Translations under genes and position numbers: made by a program
Part shown: piece by piece, positions 49,737 to 62,965 of the stretch
Layout: each line of letters starts with the position of its first letter
How positions within the stretch are numbered: the stretch's first letter is position 1
DNA from: Gracilinanus agilis
Taxonomy: Eukaryota
Assembly: GCF_016433145.1 (NCBI RefSeq)
Contig: NC_058133.1
Location: 514,812,065-514,876,064 of the forward strand
Length of the DNA stretch: 64,000 nt
Direction of reading: 5' to 3'
Notes under the pieces: model-generated
Told to the model about the DNA's origin: nothing
The model's input: the letters and a program-made list of their open reading frames with translations, nothing else
The model's database searches: none

Positions 49737-50660
49737 GGTTTGGGTCTCATATTGGCTTCTGGGACTTTTTCATGATACATTGTTCAAAAGCACATTCCAG
49801 GAGACTGCTATCCCACCTCCCCAGTGCCAGTTTTACAGTTACAGTTTTATAGTATTTGTAATAAGGGGGTAAACAGGCTGATAATTAGGGGAACTGGTGG
49901 TACCAGTGAGTCTCCTCGGCCAGGGACCCTACAACTATAGTATTTGTTGATTTGAGACAGCCAGGGATTTGTGGACCTGAGCTGAGATGTCCAGTCAGTC
50001 TTCCTGCTGTCTGTAGGCTCCTTTAAGGTCAGGATTCAGGAGCCCCTCCCTGCTGGAGAGAAAGCGGAACCAATAGGAAGAGAAACCGACTCACTTCCTG
50101 AATGAAATGGATGCCTGGTCAAAACCCCCTTTGGAGACAAATGGTTGCTATTCTCCCTCTCCTCAGACCTTAGCCCTAGAAGATGTTACAAATGACTATG
50201 AAGCTCTCAGTATCAGGCTAAGGGATTATTTAAACACAAGGGGAAACTGAGGGAATAAGGTTTAGGTCTGGAGAAACTATTGCTAAGGGTCACTGGCCAG
50301 TGCTGGCAGAGGGCTTCAGAAGGTAAGATCAGGCTGAGGGAACCAGCCCCTCAGCCAGGGATAATTTCCAGTGCCCTGATGTTAAGTGGTCCACCAGCTA
50401 GACAAATGAGGTTGATGATTTGGTTTAGGGGTGTCCCTGGCTAGGCTAACCTAACTAATTCCTGCCCACCTTCCACAACTCACCAACCACACCTCCTGGG
50501 GTCCCAAGGGGAAGTCCAGGGGTAGCTGGATGTCTGGGTGAGGTCAAGGAAATCAGAACCCCCAGGTTGGTTCTCCGGTGGTATTTATAGTCCCAGCTCC
50601 AACAGTCAGGTCTTGAGACTGGCACTGGGCCAAAAGTTCCATTCCCCTAACTGCCAGGAT
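49737..50660 (-). mobile_element. GC-richer LTR-like element
   Basis: Minus-strand CTATAAATAC at ~50585, CA end near 49737, composition distinct from flanks; 5' terminus unclear. Confidence 0.45.
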
Positions 50661-53137
50661 TGCCTAGGGTGATTTTGGAAATGCAAGAGATCTTGCATAA
50701 ATCCTGCATTACATATTCAGATAGCCTAATTATGTAGTGAGAATTACAATGATTTCTTTCCACTTCTGTATAGGAGATAAGTTTAAAAAATGGTTTATAA
50801 TGCCTAATTTTTTGCTGAAGAAATAGATATCTGGGCTTGAACAAAATCACACAATATGCCAGTAGGTGAGTTGGGGCTCATACTCAAGTCCTCTGTTTCC
50901 AAGCAAGGTCCCCCAAAATGCTGGGTCAGTGGGTTTTTCTGCCCTCATTGGCTATCTTTGTAGAAAAGGTGGATCTGTGCTGAATAAAAGGAGTTAGGCT
51001 TGCCACACTTCTTGGTCTAAGATGAAAAATTACTGCTCACTACCTGGTGCTGAGGATAGTGAGGAATTCCATATATTCCTGAGTTCCATTTTGCTTACCC
51101 TTATCTTTCTTCTCTTCCCCAGGAAGACTAGGTTGAACAAAGTACTTTATCTATGGGACTGCCTATGAGAACTGTCAAATTTCCAAGTCCATCAGTGTTG
51201 TCTTTTAATATTCCGTGGTCCAACATGCAGGAATATCCTCAGATTAGTATTTATTTATGCATCTGTCCATCTACCCATCCAGCTATCCTCTTCAATAGTC
51301 AGTATTCCTTTCTTCCTTCATTTATTTGGAAAACTAGTATTCTTTCAGTTATTCATTACATAATTTTTCATGAATGTAAAGCAAGTAGAGTAGGAAAGAA
51401 CACCAGTATGGGGCTTAGGGGTTCGAATTCTGGCAATACCACTTATTGATTGTATGACTCTTTGTATGTCTTATAAATTCTTAGGGCTTCAGTTTCTTCA
51501 CTATGAAGTGGGCATAATAATTTTTAATCTTCCTATCTCAAAGGAGGTGTTGCTTTCTTTGAAAATATGTGCCAAGTATACTATGGGAAAGAAAAAAGAA
51601 TGGAAAGGCATGGTCCCTGCCTCCTGGGACCTCTCCGTCTATCTCAGTAGGGTTAAATGTCAAAGCACAAGCAGTTGAGTAATGAATCAAGAAATTACAT
51701 CATGAAGTTTGAAAATGAATAATGTTAATGCTATTAATGACTTGGCATAGTAGAAAGACTCCAGTCTTTGAAATCACAGAGTCTGTGATTCCATTCTTTG
51801 TTATTTAATTATTGACCGCTCATTGAATCATAGATATAGAACTGGAATGGGGAGAGGATCTTAGATGCCATCTTTCCTCATCTCTCCATTTTGCATTATA
51901 ATCACTTCCACTCTCCCTTATATTACTCCCCTTCCCACCACCACTCTTCTTATTCCCCTTCTACTTCTCTATAAGGTAAGATAGGATTCTATGCCCCAAT
52001 AAATCTGGCTGCTCTTTCCTCTCTGAACCAGTTCCAATGAGAGTAAGATTTAAGTAATACACATCACCACTCTCACCCTCCCCTCCTCTGTAATAGTACT
52101 TTTCTCCCCTGTGCCTCTTTATGTGATATAATTTACCCCATTTTATTTATATATTTTGCATGATTACAGAAGTGTAACCTAGTTCATATTGTTTACCATC
52201 ATGGGGTGGGGCGAGAGAATTTGGAACTAAAATTTTTAGAAAATGATTTTTTTGTAATAGAGAAAAATAATATATATTTTAAATGATGTACTTTGCCCCA
52301 ATACTCTGTAAATAAACAAAGCTGATAAAATTAGAAATAGTAAATGTGCAAGTGTGTTGTTGGTGGAGATGTTCATTAATCTAACCATTCTGGAAACTGG
52401 TTTGAAATTTTGCCAGAAAATCACTAAATTATTTATAACTTTTAACCCTTATGATAATACTTATGGAACTATAGACCTTATGAAGGTAATAACTAAAAAA
52501 GAAAGGCCTCTAATATATTAACTTATTCCTAACAGTTAGGTTTGAAGTATTTAAAAATAGGAATGAAAATATGTCCTTCAATTAAGTAATGGCTAAACAA
52601 AGTGCCATATGAATATATGTGATTTTACTTTATACATTATACTATGAGAAATGCCAAATGCAAAGAATTCAAAGAACATTTGGAAGATTTGTATGCAGTG
52701 ATGCTGAATGAAATATGCAGGACCCAAATGATATGATACCTGATGAACAAAATTATAAAAAAGAAAATAACACAAAAAGTGTGATGGACACACATATATC
52801 TCATTTCTCAGCAAACATACTATGGACTATAGATACAGAGTGAGACATAGCCTGTAAATGTATTGATTTGTTTTGATTTACTGTTTTTTTAAAGTTTTTT
52901 CTAAACAGGAAATGTTTGGATTTTTAGGGTGGTATTAGAAAATGAAAATTAAAAATCTTCAAATTCTTAAGAGATTAGTTATTATTTTCTTTATATATGA
53001 TTTAATAAGGCAGTCTTAAAAATAGCATTGAGTTTGCATGATCTTTTCTCATCTAAAATGATGATGAAGAAGAAATTTCTATAAGTTCTTTGAACAGTTA
53101 GTGAAAATTCAAGGTTGTCTAGAATTGTCTATATAGA

Positions 53138-54070
53138 TCAGCCTTTTCCAGAGCACTTGAAACAGACCCTGAGCTTCCATAGCACCCTCATGGCAATGGG
53201 TTTTAGCTTGCTGTGTCCCAAAATAAGGATAATGGAGTGGACCAAGGGGTACTTGATCATAGTTATCAGAATAAGAAGTAGGAGTGGTTTCCTTTTCATC
53301 TCTGCATCATTTTTGACTAGTGACAATATGCATGCATAATACAGAACAAAAAGGAAGAAAAAAGAGATCATGGATTTCATGGCCTTTATATGTGCCTCCA
53401 TGCTGGCGTCTTTGGAGCCTGTGATATGGAGTTGCATCTGCCAAGTGTGCCTCCAAAGTGACAGGACTAGCAGGAAACAGGAGATCAGGGACATAGCAAG
53501 AGGGATAAGACCACCAAAACTGAGGAGTATCACTGAATAAAAAATGGAAGTTTTAGGTACTTGGATCTTCTGAGTCAAGGTTATGTTATTTTCTAGATAA
53601 AAAGGAACGTGTAAAGCATTATTTATCAATGATAACAAAAGGCAAACGAAAAAAGAAAGAAAATAGCAGCCAAAGAGCATCCTGAGGACTCCTCTATTTA
53701 CCCTCCACTTTAACCAAAGGAAGATGGGATGGGAAAAGTTGGCAATTTTCAGAAAGTAGAAGACAATGAGAAAGGCAGAGAACCAAGAACTGGAAGTGTT
53801 GGTCAAAATCCACAATGTATTAAAATCTCTCCAATTGATCTTAAGATAGAATTGATAGAATGAGAGGGAAAAGACTTGTAATGCCAAAATTCCTAACAGA
53901 CCAATTCTGGAGATGGCTAAGCCAGTGAGGATAAAATTTAAGTAGGATATTTTTCTGGTCTTGATGCAGTCCATGAAGTTTACTATTCCAATGAAACCAT
54001 TGACCAAAACCCCAACTAGTAATTCTCCAGCTGCCATAGTCACACAAATTTTCTCCAATACATTTGACAT
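53138..54070 (-). CDS. TAS2R: Bitter taste receptor type 2, intact, 310 aa
   Basis: GELLVGVLVNGFIGIVN, LAISRIGLL, FYFLKIANFSHPIFLWLKWRV, SLWRHTWQMQLHITGSKDASMEAHIKAMK, YPLVHSIILILGHSKLK; sequon NIT. Confidence 0.97.
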   Translation of the reverse strand: MSNVLEKICVTMAAGELLVGVLVNGFIGIVNFMDCIKTRKISYLNFILTGLAISRIGLLGILALQVFSLSFYQFYLKINWRDFNTLWILTNTSSSWFSAFLIVFYFLKIANFSHPIFLWLKWRVNRGVLRMLFGCYFLSFFVCLLLSLINNALHVPFYLENNITLTQKIQVPKTSIFYSVILLSFGGLIPLAMSLISCFLLVLSLWRHTWQMQLHITGSKDASMEAHIKAMKSMISFFFLFVLYYACILSLVKNDAEMKRKPLLLLILITMIKYPLVHSIILILGHSKLKPIAMRVLWKLRVCFKCSGKG

Positions 54071-54610
54071 TCTTGAGGAAAGAAATGTATCCTTTTTTGT
54101 CCTATCGTTGAATGAATTTCTGCCAAACTTAGCAGGATGATTTATCTTCTTGTCATGACAACTATTTTCTCCTCTATCTTGATTACAGTCTTATCTTTGG
54201 CTAGAGAGTGAATAAGCCTGTTATGGTGAAAGAATGAAGTTTTCTTTGCAACAACCACTGCCATCCCTTGTAAACCTTTCACTTAGGGATTTTGTGCCCA
54301 AATCCTGTACACATTTCCTCAGCATTGTCAGATGATAACTTTTCATGTGTCCACATGACTGAGAGGCAGAGCTGATTTTTTCCAAAATGTAAATGAAGAA
54401 CAGATTCTATTTCATTGTTTTGAACTTTCTTCCTTTGACTAATTTGACTAAATGAGAATATAACCAACAGTCTTCAACAAACAGATATAATATAATGTGT
54501 GCAGACTCAGGAGTCAAAGGATCTGGGTCTTAAAGGAGCTAAAATCTTCTGACCACCAGTGCTCTAGAAAGAAAATAAATTTCAGGACTCCTAATTTCTT
54601 TCTACCAAAA

Positions 54611-54632
54611 CACACACACACACACACACACA
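54611..54632. repeat. (CA)n microsatellite
   Basis: Direct reading. Confidence 0.9.
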
Positions 54633-54814
54633 CCCCAATATATACACATTTCTGCATTGATTTTTGGTAAGGTGAAAAATTGATAGGAGACAACAATTTA
54701 AGAAGGTTAAATGTAAAAATTCTCCAGAAGGGGCATTCCACAGTTCATCTTAATCTCCATCTTGGGCTGAATTGGTCAGGGACTTAAGGGACATCTATCT
54801 CTGAGTCCATCTCT

Positions 54815-57150
54815 CTTTTTTAAAAAAAGTATTTATATAGAATATTTTTTCATGGCTACATGATTCATGTTCTTCCCCTCTCTTGTTTCCTCCCTCCTCC
54901 CACAGCTGGCAAGCAATTCCACTGGGTTATGCATGTATCATTGTTCAAAACCTATTTCCATATCATTAATATTTGCAATAGAGTGATCATTTAAAGTCCA
55001 AATTCCCAATTGTATACCCATCAAGCAATGTGATCAATCATATGTTTTTCTTTTGTGTTTCTGTTCCCACAGTTCTTTCTCTGGATGTGGATAACATTCT
55101 TTCTCGTGTCTCTGGATTGTCTCTCCTGGTTCTACAATGTTCTCCTGTTTCTGCTCATTTCATTCTGCATCAACTCTTGGAAGTCTTTTCAGTTCACATA
55201 GAAATCCTCCAGTTCATCATTCCTTTCAGTACAACAGTATTCCATCACCATCAGATACCAGTTTGTTCACTCATTCCCCAATCTATGGATACCCCCTCAT
55301 TTTCCAATTTTTTGCCACTACAAAGAGTGTGTCTATAAATATTTTTGTACAAATAGTTTTCCTTATTATCTCTTTAGGATACAAACTGAGCAGTGGTATT
55401 GCTGGATCAAAGGGCAAATATTCTTTTAAAGCCTTTTCAGCATAATTCCATATTGCCCTCCAGAATGGTTAGATCAATTCACAGCTTCACCAAGAATGAA
55501 TGTGTCCCAATTTTTCCACAACGTTCCCAATATTTATTATTTTCTTTTACTGTCATATTTACCAATCTGCTAGATGTGAGGTGGTACCCCAGAGTTGTTT
55601 TGGTTTGCATTTCTCTATTTATGAGAGACTTAGAACACTTTTTCATGTGCTTATTGATAGTTCTGATTATTTCTTTATCTGAAAACTGCCTATTCATATC
55701 CCATGATCATTTATCAATTAAGGAATGGTTTGATTTTTTGGTACAATTGACTTAACTCCTTATAAATTTGATCAATTAGACCTTTGTCAGAGGTTTTTAT
55801 TATAAATATTTTCCCAGTTTGTTGCTTCCCTTCTAATTTTGTTTGTACAAAACCTTTTTAATTTAGTGTAATTAAAATTATTAGTTTTACATTTTGTAAT
55901 ATTCTCTTGCTTGGTATTAAATGCGTTCCTTTCCCATAGATCCAACAGGTATACTATTCTATGTTCACTTAATTTACTCATAATTTCCCTCTTAATATTT
56001 AAGCCATTTACCCATTCTGAATTTATCTTAGTATAGGGTGTGAAATGTTGTTCTAAACCTAATCTCTTCCATACTGTTTTTCAATTTTCCCAGCAGTTTT
56101 TGTTAAATAGTGGTTTCTTGTCCCAAAAGCTGGGATCTTTGGTTTTTTTGAACACTAGCTTGCTGAGGTAATTTACCCCGTTTGTTCCATTGACCCACCC
56201 TTCTTTCCCTTAGCCAGTAGCATATTGCTTTGATGACCATTGCTTTATAGTACAGTTTAAGATCTGGTACTGCTAGGCCCTCATCCTTCACATTTTTTTC
56301 CATTAGTTTCCTTGATACGCTTGATCTTTTGTTCTTCCAAATGAACTTCATTATAATTTATTCTAATTTAATAAAAAAAGTTTCTTGGTAGTTTAAAAAG
56401 CCTGGCACTGAATAAGTAAATTAATTTGGGTAGGATTGTAATTTTTATTATATTAGCTCATCCTGCCTATGAGAAATTAATTTTTCCCTATCATTTAGAT
56501 CTAGTTTTAATTGTGTGGAAAGTGTTTTGTAGTTGTGTTCATATAATTCTTGTGTTTGTCTTAGCAGATATATTCCTAAATATTTTATATTGTCTAGGGT
56601 GTTTCTAAATGGAGTTACTCTTTCTAACTCTTGCTGCTGAGTTGTTTGGAAATATATAGAAATGCTGATGATTTATGTGGCTTTATTTTGTATGCTACAA
56701 CTTTGCTAAAGTTGTTCATTATTTCCACTTGCTTTTTAGTTGTTTTTGTAGGATTCTTTACATAGACAATCAAATCATCTGCAAAGAGTGATAGTTTAGT
56801 CTCATCATTCCCTACTTTAATCCCTCTAATTACTTTTTTTCTCCTCTAATTGCTACTCCTACTATTTCTAGTACCATGTTAAATAATAGAAGTGATAATG
56901 GGCATCCTTGCTTTACTCCTAATCTTTCTGGGAAGGCTTCTAACTCATCCCCATTGCAGATGATGCTTGCTGATTATCTTAAAGATGTACTGTTTGTTAT
57001 ATTTAGAAAAGGCCCATCTATGCCTATACTTTCTAGTGTTTTCAATAGGAATGTGTTTGTATTTTATCAAAGGCTTTTTCAGCAACTATTGAGATAATCA
57101 TGTAATTTCTGTTGGTTTGGTTATTAATATAGCCAATTATATGGATGGTT
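54815..57150 (-). mobile_element. L1 3' portion (late RT to 3'UTR), decayed
   Basis: Minus ORFs KCSKSLINREMQTKTTLGYHL and [10 protein letters not shown]...[12 protein letters not shown]. Confidence 0.92.
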
Positions 57151-57675
57151 TTCTTAAAATTAGAGGAATGCAAATCAAAATAACTCTGATATACCACCTC
57201 ATGCCTAGCAGATTGGCTAAAATGTCAGCAGGGGAGAGTAATGAATGTTGAAAGGGATGTGGCAAAATTGGGACATTAATGCATTAGTGGTGGAGTAGTG
57301 AATTGATCCAACCATTCTGGTTTGCAATTTGAAACTATGCCCAAAGAGATCTAAAAGTTTGCCTGCCTTTTGATCCAGTCATACCATTGCTGGGTTTATA
57401 CCCCAAAGAGATTATAGGACTTGTACAAAAATATTTATAGCCTCGCTCTTTGTGGTGGCAAAAAATTGGAAAATGAGGGGGTATCCATAGATTGGGGAAT
57501 GAGTGAACAAACTGTGGTATCTGTTGGTGATGAAATACTATTGTGCTCAAAGGAATAATAAACTGGAGGAATTCCAAGTGAACTGGAATGACCTCCAGGA
57601 ATTGATACAGAGTGAAAGGAGCAGATCCAGAAGAACATTGTACACAGAGACTGATACACTGTGGTAAAATCGAAA
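57150..57675 (+). mobile_element. L1 ORF2 C-terminal fragment in the opposite orientation
   Basis: aattagaggaatgcaaatcaaaataactctgatataccacctc... Confidence 0.88.
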
Positions 57676-60298
57676 GGCAAAATATTTGGGTTTACAATCC
57701 ATAGTCCCCTATCCAGCAAAACTGGGTATACTTTTTCAGGGGAAAATGGTCATTCAATAAAATAAAAGATTTCCACGCATTCCTGAGGAATAAGCCAGAC
57801 CTACACAAAAAATTTGAAGGCCAAATATGAGACACAAGAGAATACCTGAAAGGTAAGTAAGAAAGAGAAAAGGACTTATTAAGGTAAAAATGTTTATATG
57901 TCTACATGAAAAGAGAATTTTTTTCTTTTAAAAACCTTTACCTTCCCTTGTGGAGTCAATACTGTGTATTGGCTCCAAGGCAGAAAAGTGGTAAGGGATA
58001 GGCAATGGGGGTTAAGTAACTTGCCCAGGGTCACATAGCTGGGAAGTATCTGAGGTCAGATTTGAACCTAAGACCTTCTGTCTCTAGGCCTGGCTCTCAA
58101 TCCCCTGAGCTACCAGCTGCCCCCAGAAAGAGAATTTATATAATTCTCAAAAATTACTATCAGTAGTAGAGAAGATAGAAGGAATTTACTCAGAAAGATG
58201 GTGGAAAAGTAAACTGATTATGATAATATGATGTATATGAAGATATATGATGATATGATGTATATGTAAATGTGAACATATCAAACAATATGTATGTGTG
58301 ATACAATATGTATGCATATGAATGACATGTAAAAACAATCAAGAGCTGAGAGTTATACTGAAAGAAAAGAGAATGGAGAGATAGAATGAGGTAAATTATA
58401 TAACATAAAGAGGTGAGAAAAGTCAATACAGTGAGGGGAGAATAAGTGTAGTGATAGGCAAAGCTTAAATTTTATTCTATTTTTAATTGACTCAGAGAGG
58501 GAAAGATGATTATCCTTAGTGGGACATAGAATTCTATCTTACCCTACAGAGAAGTAGAAGGAGAACAAGACAAGTAATAGAAGAGAGGGAGAACTGGGAG
58601 GGGGGTGACAGAAAACAAAATACTGGTGAGAAGGAATAGAGTGAAAGGGAATAGAGCAAGATCTAAAGGGAATAATAAGATGGAGGACAATACACAGTTA
58701 GTTATCATAATGCTTAATGTGAATGGGATGAAGTCATCCATTAAATGGAAGTGAATATCAGAGTGGATTAAAAACAAGAATCCTACTATATGTTGTATAC
58801 AAGAAACACATTTGAGGCAGGGTGATAGACACAGATTCAAGGTAAAAGGCTAGAGCAAAATATATTATGCATCATCTAAAGTTAAAAAAGCAGGAGTAAC
58901 AATCTTGATACCAGACAAAGCCAAAGTAGAAATTGATCTGTTTAAAAGAGATAAGGAAGGAAATTACATTTTGTTAAAAGATACTATAAACAATGAAGAA
59001 ATATCATTACTAAACATCTATGCACCAAATGTATAGCATCTAGATTTCTAAAGGAAAAATTGAAGGAGATCAAGGAGGAAATAGATAGTAAAACCATTTT
59101 ATTGGGAGATCTTAGCCTTCCCCTCTTACAACTAGATAAATCAAACCAAAAAATAAGTATGAAAGAAGTAAGGGAGGTAAATGAAATGCCAGAAAAATTA
59201 AAGTTAATAGATATCTGGAGAAAAATGAGCAGAGATGAAAAGGAATATACCTTCCTTTCAGCAGTACATAGTACATATACAAAGACTGACCATGTACTAG
59301 GGCATAGAAATATTGCAAACAAATACAGAAAAGCAGAAATAATAAATGCCACTTTTTCAGATCATAATGTGGTAAAAATTATAATTAACAAGGGTCTGCA
59401 GAAAGGCAAATTTAAAATTAATTAGAAATTAAATAATCTAATTCTTCAAAACAGGTGGGTCAAAAAAGAAATCATAAAAATAATTACAAACTTCATTAAA
59501 GAGAATGACAATGAGGAGTCATCATAGCAAAACCTATGGGATACAGCAAAAGCAGTACTCAGGAAAATTTATATTGCTGAGTGCCTATATCAACAAAATA
59601 GAGAGGGTGGATTTCAATGAATTGGGCTTGTAACTTAAAAATTAGAGAAAGAACAAATTAAAACTCCCCAAATAAGAACTAAATTGGAAATCCTAAAAAT
59701 TAAAGAAGAAATTAATCAAATTGTAAGTAAAAGAACTATTGAACTAATAAATAAGACTAGGAGCTGGTACTTTGAAAAAACAAAATAGATAAATTACTAA
59801 TCAATCTAATAAAAAAGAAAGAAGAAAATCAAATGAACTGTATCAAAGATGAAAGGGGCAATCTCACCTCTAATGAAGAGGAAAATAAGGCAATTATTAA
59901 GAACTACTTTGCTCAATTATATGGCAAGAAATATGACAATTTAGGTGAATTGAGTGAATATTTACAAAAATACAAATTACCTAGATTAATAAAAGAGGAA
60001 ATAGAATTCTTAAACAATCCCATTTCAGAAAAAGAAATTGAATAAGCCATCAAGAACATCCTAAGAAAAAATCCCCAGGGCCAGCTGGATTCACAAGTGA
60101 ACTCTATCAAACATTTAAAGAACAACTAATCCCAATACTATACAAATTATTTGACAAAATAGGCGAAGAAGGATTTTTATCAAATTCCTTTTATGACACA
60201 AATATGGTACTGATTCCAAAGCCAGGCAGACCAAAAACTGAGAAAGAAAACTACAGACAAATCTTCCTAATGAGTATAGATGCAAAAATCTTAAATAA
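57675..60298 (+). mobile_element. L1 segment: ORF1 end, spacer, ORF2 endonuclease to RT start; disrupted
   Basis: ORFs 59060-59425 (DSKTILLGDLSLPL...YTFLSAVHSTYTKTDHVLGH) and 59833-60045 (LQKYKLPRL). Confidence 0.93.
57915..58125 (-). mobile_element. SINE1_Mdo-like element inside L1
   Basis: TSD aaagagaattt. Confidence 0.92.
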
Positions 60299-61088
60299 TG
60301 AAATATGTGAATAATATAGATAACTATATAAACTTACCACTTTGTAGAAGGGTGATATCAAGTGTTCTTGGTTACTTGATAACTCACTGTGTGACTAGGC
60401 CCTAACAGGCTTCTCATAGGCTCAGAATGCTTATCTGACTTGTAGACTAAGGTTATAAAACCAAAACAGGATTTATTGTTATCCACAGAAGCAGGACAGG
60501 AGGATTAGGAAATAGGAATCCCTAAACTATAAATTCTATATAAATCTCTCCTCTTTCTTTCTGCAAAGAGCCATCTTTGTTTCTTCTGGCTTCCTATTAA
60601 CTATACTCTCTATCTAGAATTCCCTGGCTATGTAACTACCTGTCCTGCTAATCCTCCCAAATAACTTTTTTTTTCCTAACCCTTACCTTCCGTCTTAGAG
60701 TCAATACTGTGTATTGGTTCCAAGGCAGAAGAGTGGTAAGGGTAGGCAATGGGGGTCAAGTGACTTGCCCAGGGTCACACAGCTGGGAAGTGTCTGAGGC
60801 CAGATTTGAACCTAGGACCTCCTGTCTCTAGGCCTGGCTCTCAATCCACTGAGCTACCCAGCTGCCCCCCCCCCAAATAACTTTTGCTTAGATATTTATA
60901 GTTCATCAGAGTAGTTAATTTGAGCCCTTTATGAGAGGAAATCAACTCCTCCTTGGGTTGGGCCCATGATGGCTTCAGGCCTTTCCCACAGGCAGTTTAC
61001 TAGTTTGCTGGCAGAATTCTTCATAGCAGTCAGGACCCTCTCCAAGGACACAGGAATACAGTTAGATGGCAATAATATCTCCATCTTC
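60299..61088. mobile_element. LTR-like element where L1 ORF2 breaks off
   Basis: TG...CA termini (tgaaatatg...catcttca); minus-strand AATAAA at ~60475; L1 stops abruptly at gatgcaaaaatcttaaataa. Confidence 0.55.
60664..60870 (-). mobile_element. Young SINE1_Mdo-like element inside the LTR
   Basis: Near-consensus body; TSD cccaaataactttt. Confidence 0.94.
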
Positions 61089-62184
61089 ATCTTTATCTAT
61101 CTATCTATTTATATTTTATTTTATTTTTTAATTTTTATATAGAATATTTTTCATGGTTACATGATTCATCATCCCCTGCCCCCTGCTATTTCCTCCCCCT
61201 TCCAGAATTGTATTATTGTATTATTCCTCAGAGTATCAAGAAACAAGATCAATATATAGATAAATATTCTTATTATTATGCATATACGCTCCTGATTTAA
61301 CTCTACCCTAAGCCTTAATTCTAATCCTAATATATGTTATATATTTTTGTTGTTACATATTACATATATATGTTTAGTGTGTGTCAAACAATAGAGCATC
61401 AAAGTACTTCAAAAATAAACTGAGATGAATTATCTCTCAGTATTGCTCATGTAACACCCAAGAAGACAGTGTCACTTCATTGAAGGGTACATTTCTGGGA
61501 ATAAGGTGTAGGAAAAGCAATTCATAAGGGAAAAGTGTTAACTCCAAACAATTATATCTCTAAAAAAGAGAGAATAAATGAATCCTAAAGAACACAAAGG
61601 CATTTAACATATAAAATAGGAACAAAAATAGAAATCAGAAATAGGAAAAGGAATTGAGTTTCTTTAACAATATGATAAACTACAAAGATTTAAAAGTATT
61701 AATTAAATAGATCAACTAGCAGCTGATTTCATCAAGAAAAAAAGAAAAAGTGTAAACCATATGACCAAATCAAAAACGAGGAGAGAATTTGCAATAAATT
61801 TTAAGATAATAACATTTTCAGTAACTATATATTCAAATTTTATTCATATGAAACAATATTTAAAATAAGTATCATTTAGATTTGTAAAAAGTGAGTTATT
61901 TACATTAACAGAAAAGGAAACAGACATTCAAAAGAGCCTGATCTTAGAGAATTTGAACGAATCACAAACACTCGAAAAGGTAAGGGTGGGGTTGGAGAAC
62001 TAGGACTAAATGAAGTTATATACCAGTGAACTCTATGAGGCACTTACAATGGAAATTGATATTATGCAACTTAAACTGTTTTAAAAATTGAAGAAAAGCT
62101 TTATGAGACTATCTCTATAGAATACATATATCCTCATACACAGAGCGAGAAGAGTTCAATAACAGAAATAAAACTGTAGTCAAA

Positions 62185-62965
62185 TATTTCTTTTTTTATT
62201 TTATTTTTATTTTTATTTTGAATATTTTCCCATAGTTACATGTTTCATGTAACTTTCCCACTCCCCAAATCCTGCTAATCCCCCTTAGCCAACACATAAT
62301 TCCTCTGAGTTTTACACGTATCATTGATTAAGACCTAATTCGATATTATTGATAGTTGGATTAGAGTTATCATTTAGTATCTTCATCCCCAATAATATCC
62401 CCATCAGCCCATGTGTTCAAGTAGTTGTTTTTCTTCTGTGTTTCACCTCCCATAGTTCTTCCTCTGAATGTGGCCAGTTTTCTTTCTCATAAGTTCCTCA
62501 GCCTTGCTCTGGATCTTCGCAATGCTGCGAGTAGAGAAGTCCGTTATGTTCAATTGCACCACAGTGTATCAGTCTCTGTGTACAATGTTCTCCTGCTTCT
62601 GCTCCTTTCACTCTGCATCAGTTCCTGGAGGTCATTCCAGTTCACATGGAATTCCCCATTCCCCTCTCATTTTCCAATTTTTTACCACTACAAAGTGGCT
62701 ATACATATTTTTGTACAAGTCTTTTTCCTTATTATCTCTTTGGGGTATAAACCAAGCAGTGCTATGGCTGCATCAAAAGGCAGATAGTCTTTAAAAGCCC
62801 GTTGAGCATAGTTCCAAATTGCCATCTAGAATTTTTGGATCAGTTCACAACTCCACCAGCTATACATTAATGTCCCAATTTTGCCACATCCCCTCCAACA
62901 TTCATTACTCTCACCTGCTGTCATTTTAGCCAATCTTCTAGGTGTGAGGTGATACCTCAGAATTG
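62185..62965 (-). mobile_element. L1 3' end with an internal deletion, inserted in older L1 debris
   Basis: Minus ORF ILRYHLTPRRLAKMTAGESNECWRGCGK; T-rich tail at ~62190. Confidence 0.9.

Noticed and set aside
52950-53130. EFSL...RNFFFIIILDEKRSCKLN downstream of the fourth receptor as another TAS2R relic
   Set aside because: The similarity is too weak, and AT-rich DNA readily gives such hydrophobic strings.
54815-57675. Adjacent inverted L1 pieces as a twin-priming product
   Set aside because: The plus-strand piece duplicates a region already present in the minus-strand piece, so they are independent insertions.
43791-60045. Longer ORFs of 110-166 aa as possible novel genes
   Set aside because: They translate to recognisable, disrupted L1 ORF1p/ORF2p fragments or their antisense.
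18476-60870. tRNA-like A/B boxes as tRNA genes, and recurring short direct repeats as a CRISPR-like array
   Set aside because: The boxes are SINE heads and the repeats are target-site duplications; there is no regular repeat-spacer periodicity.
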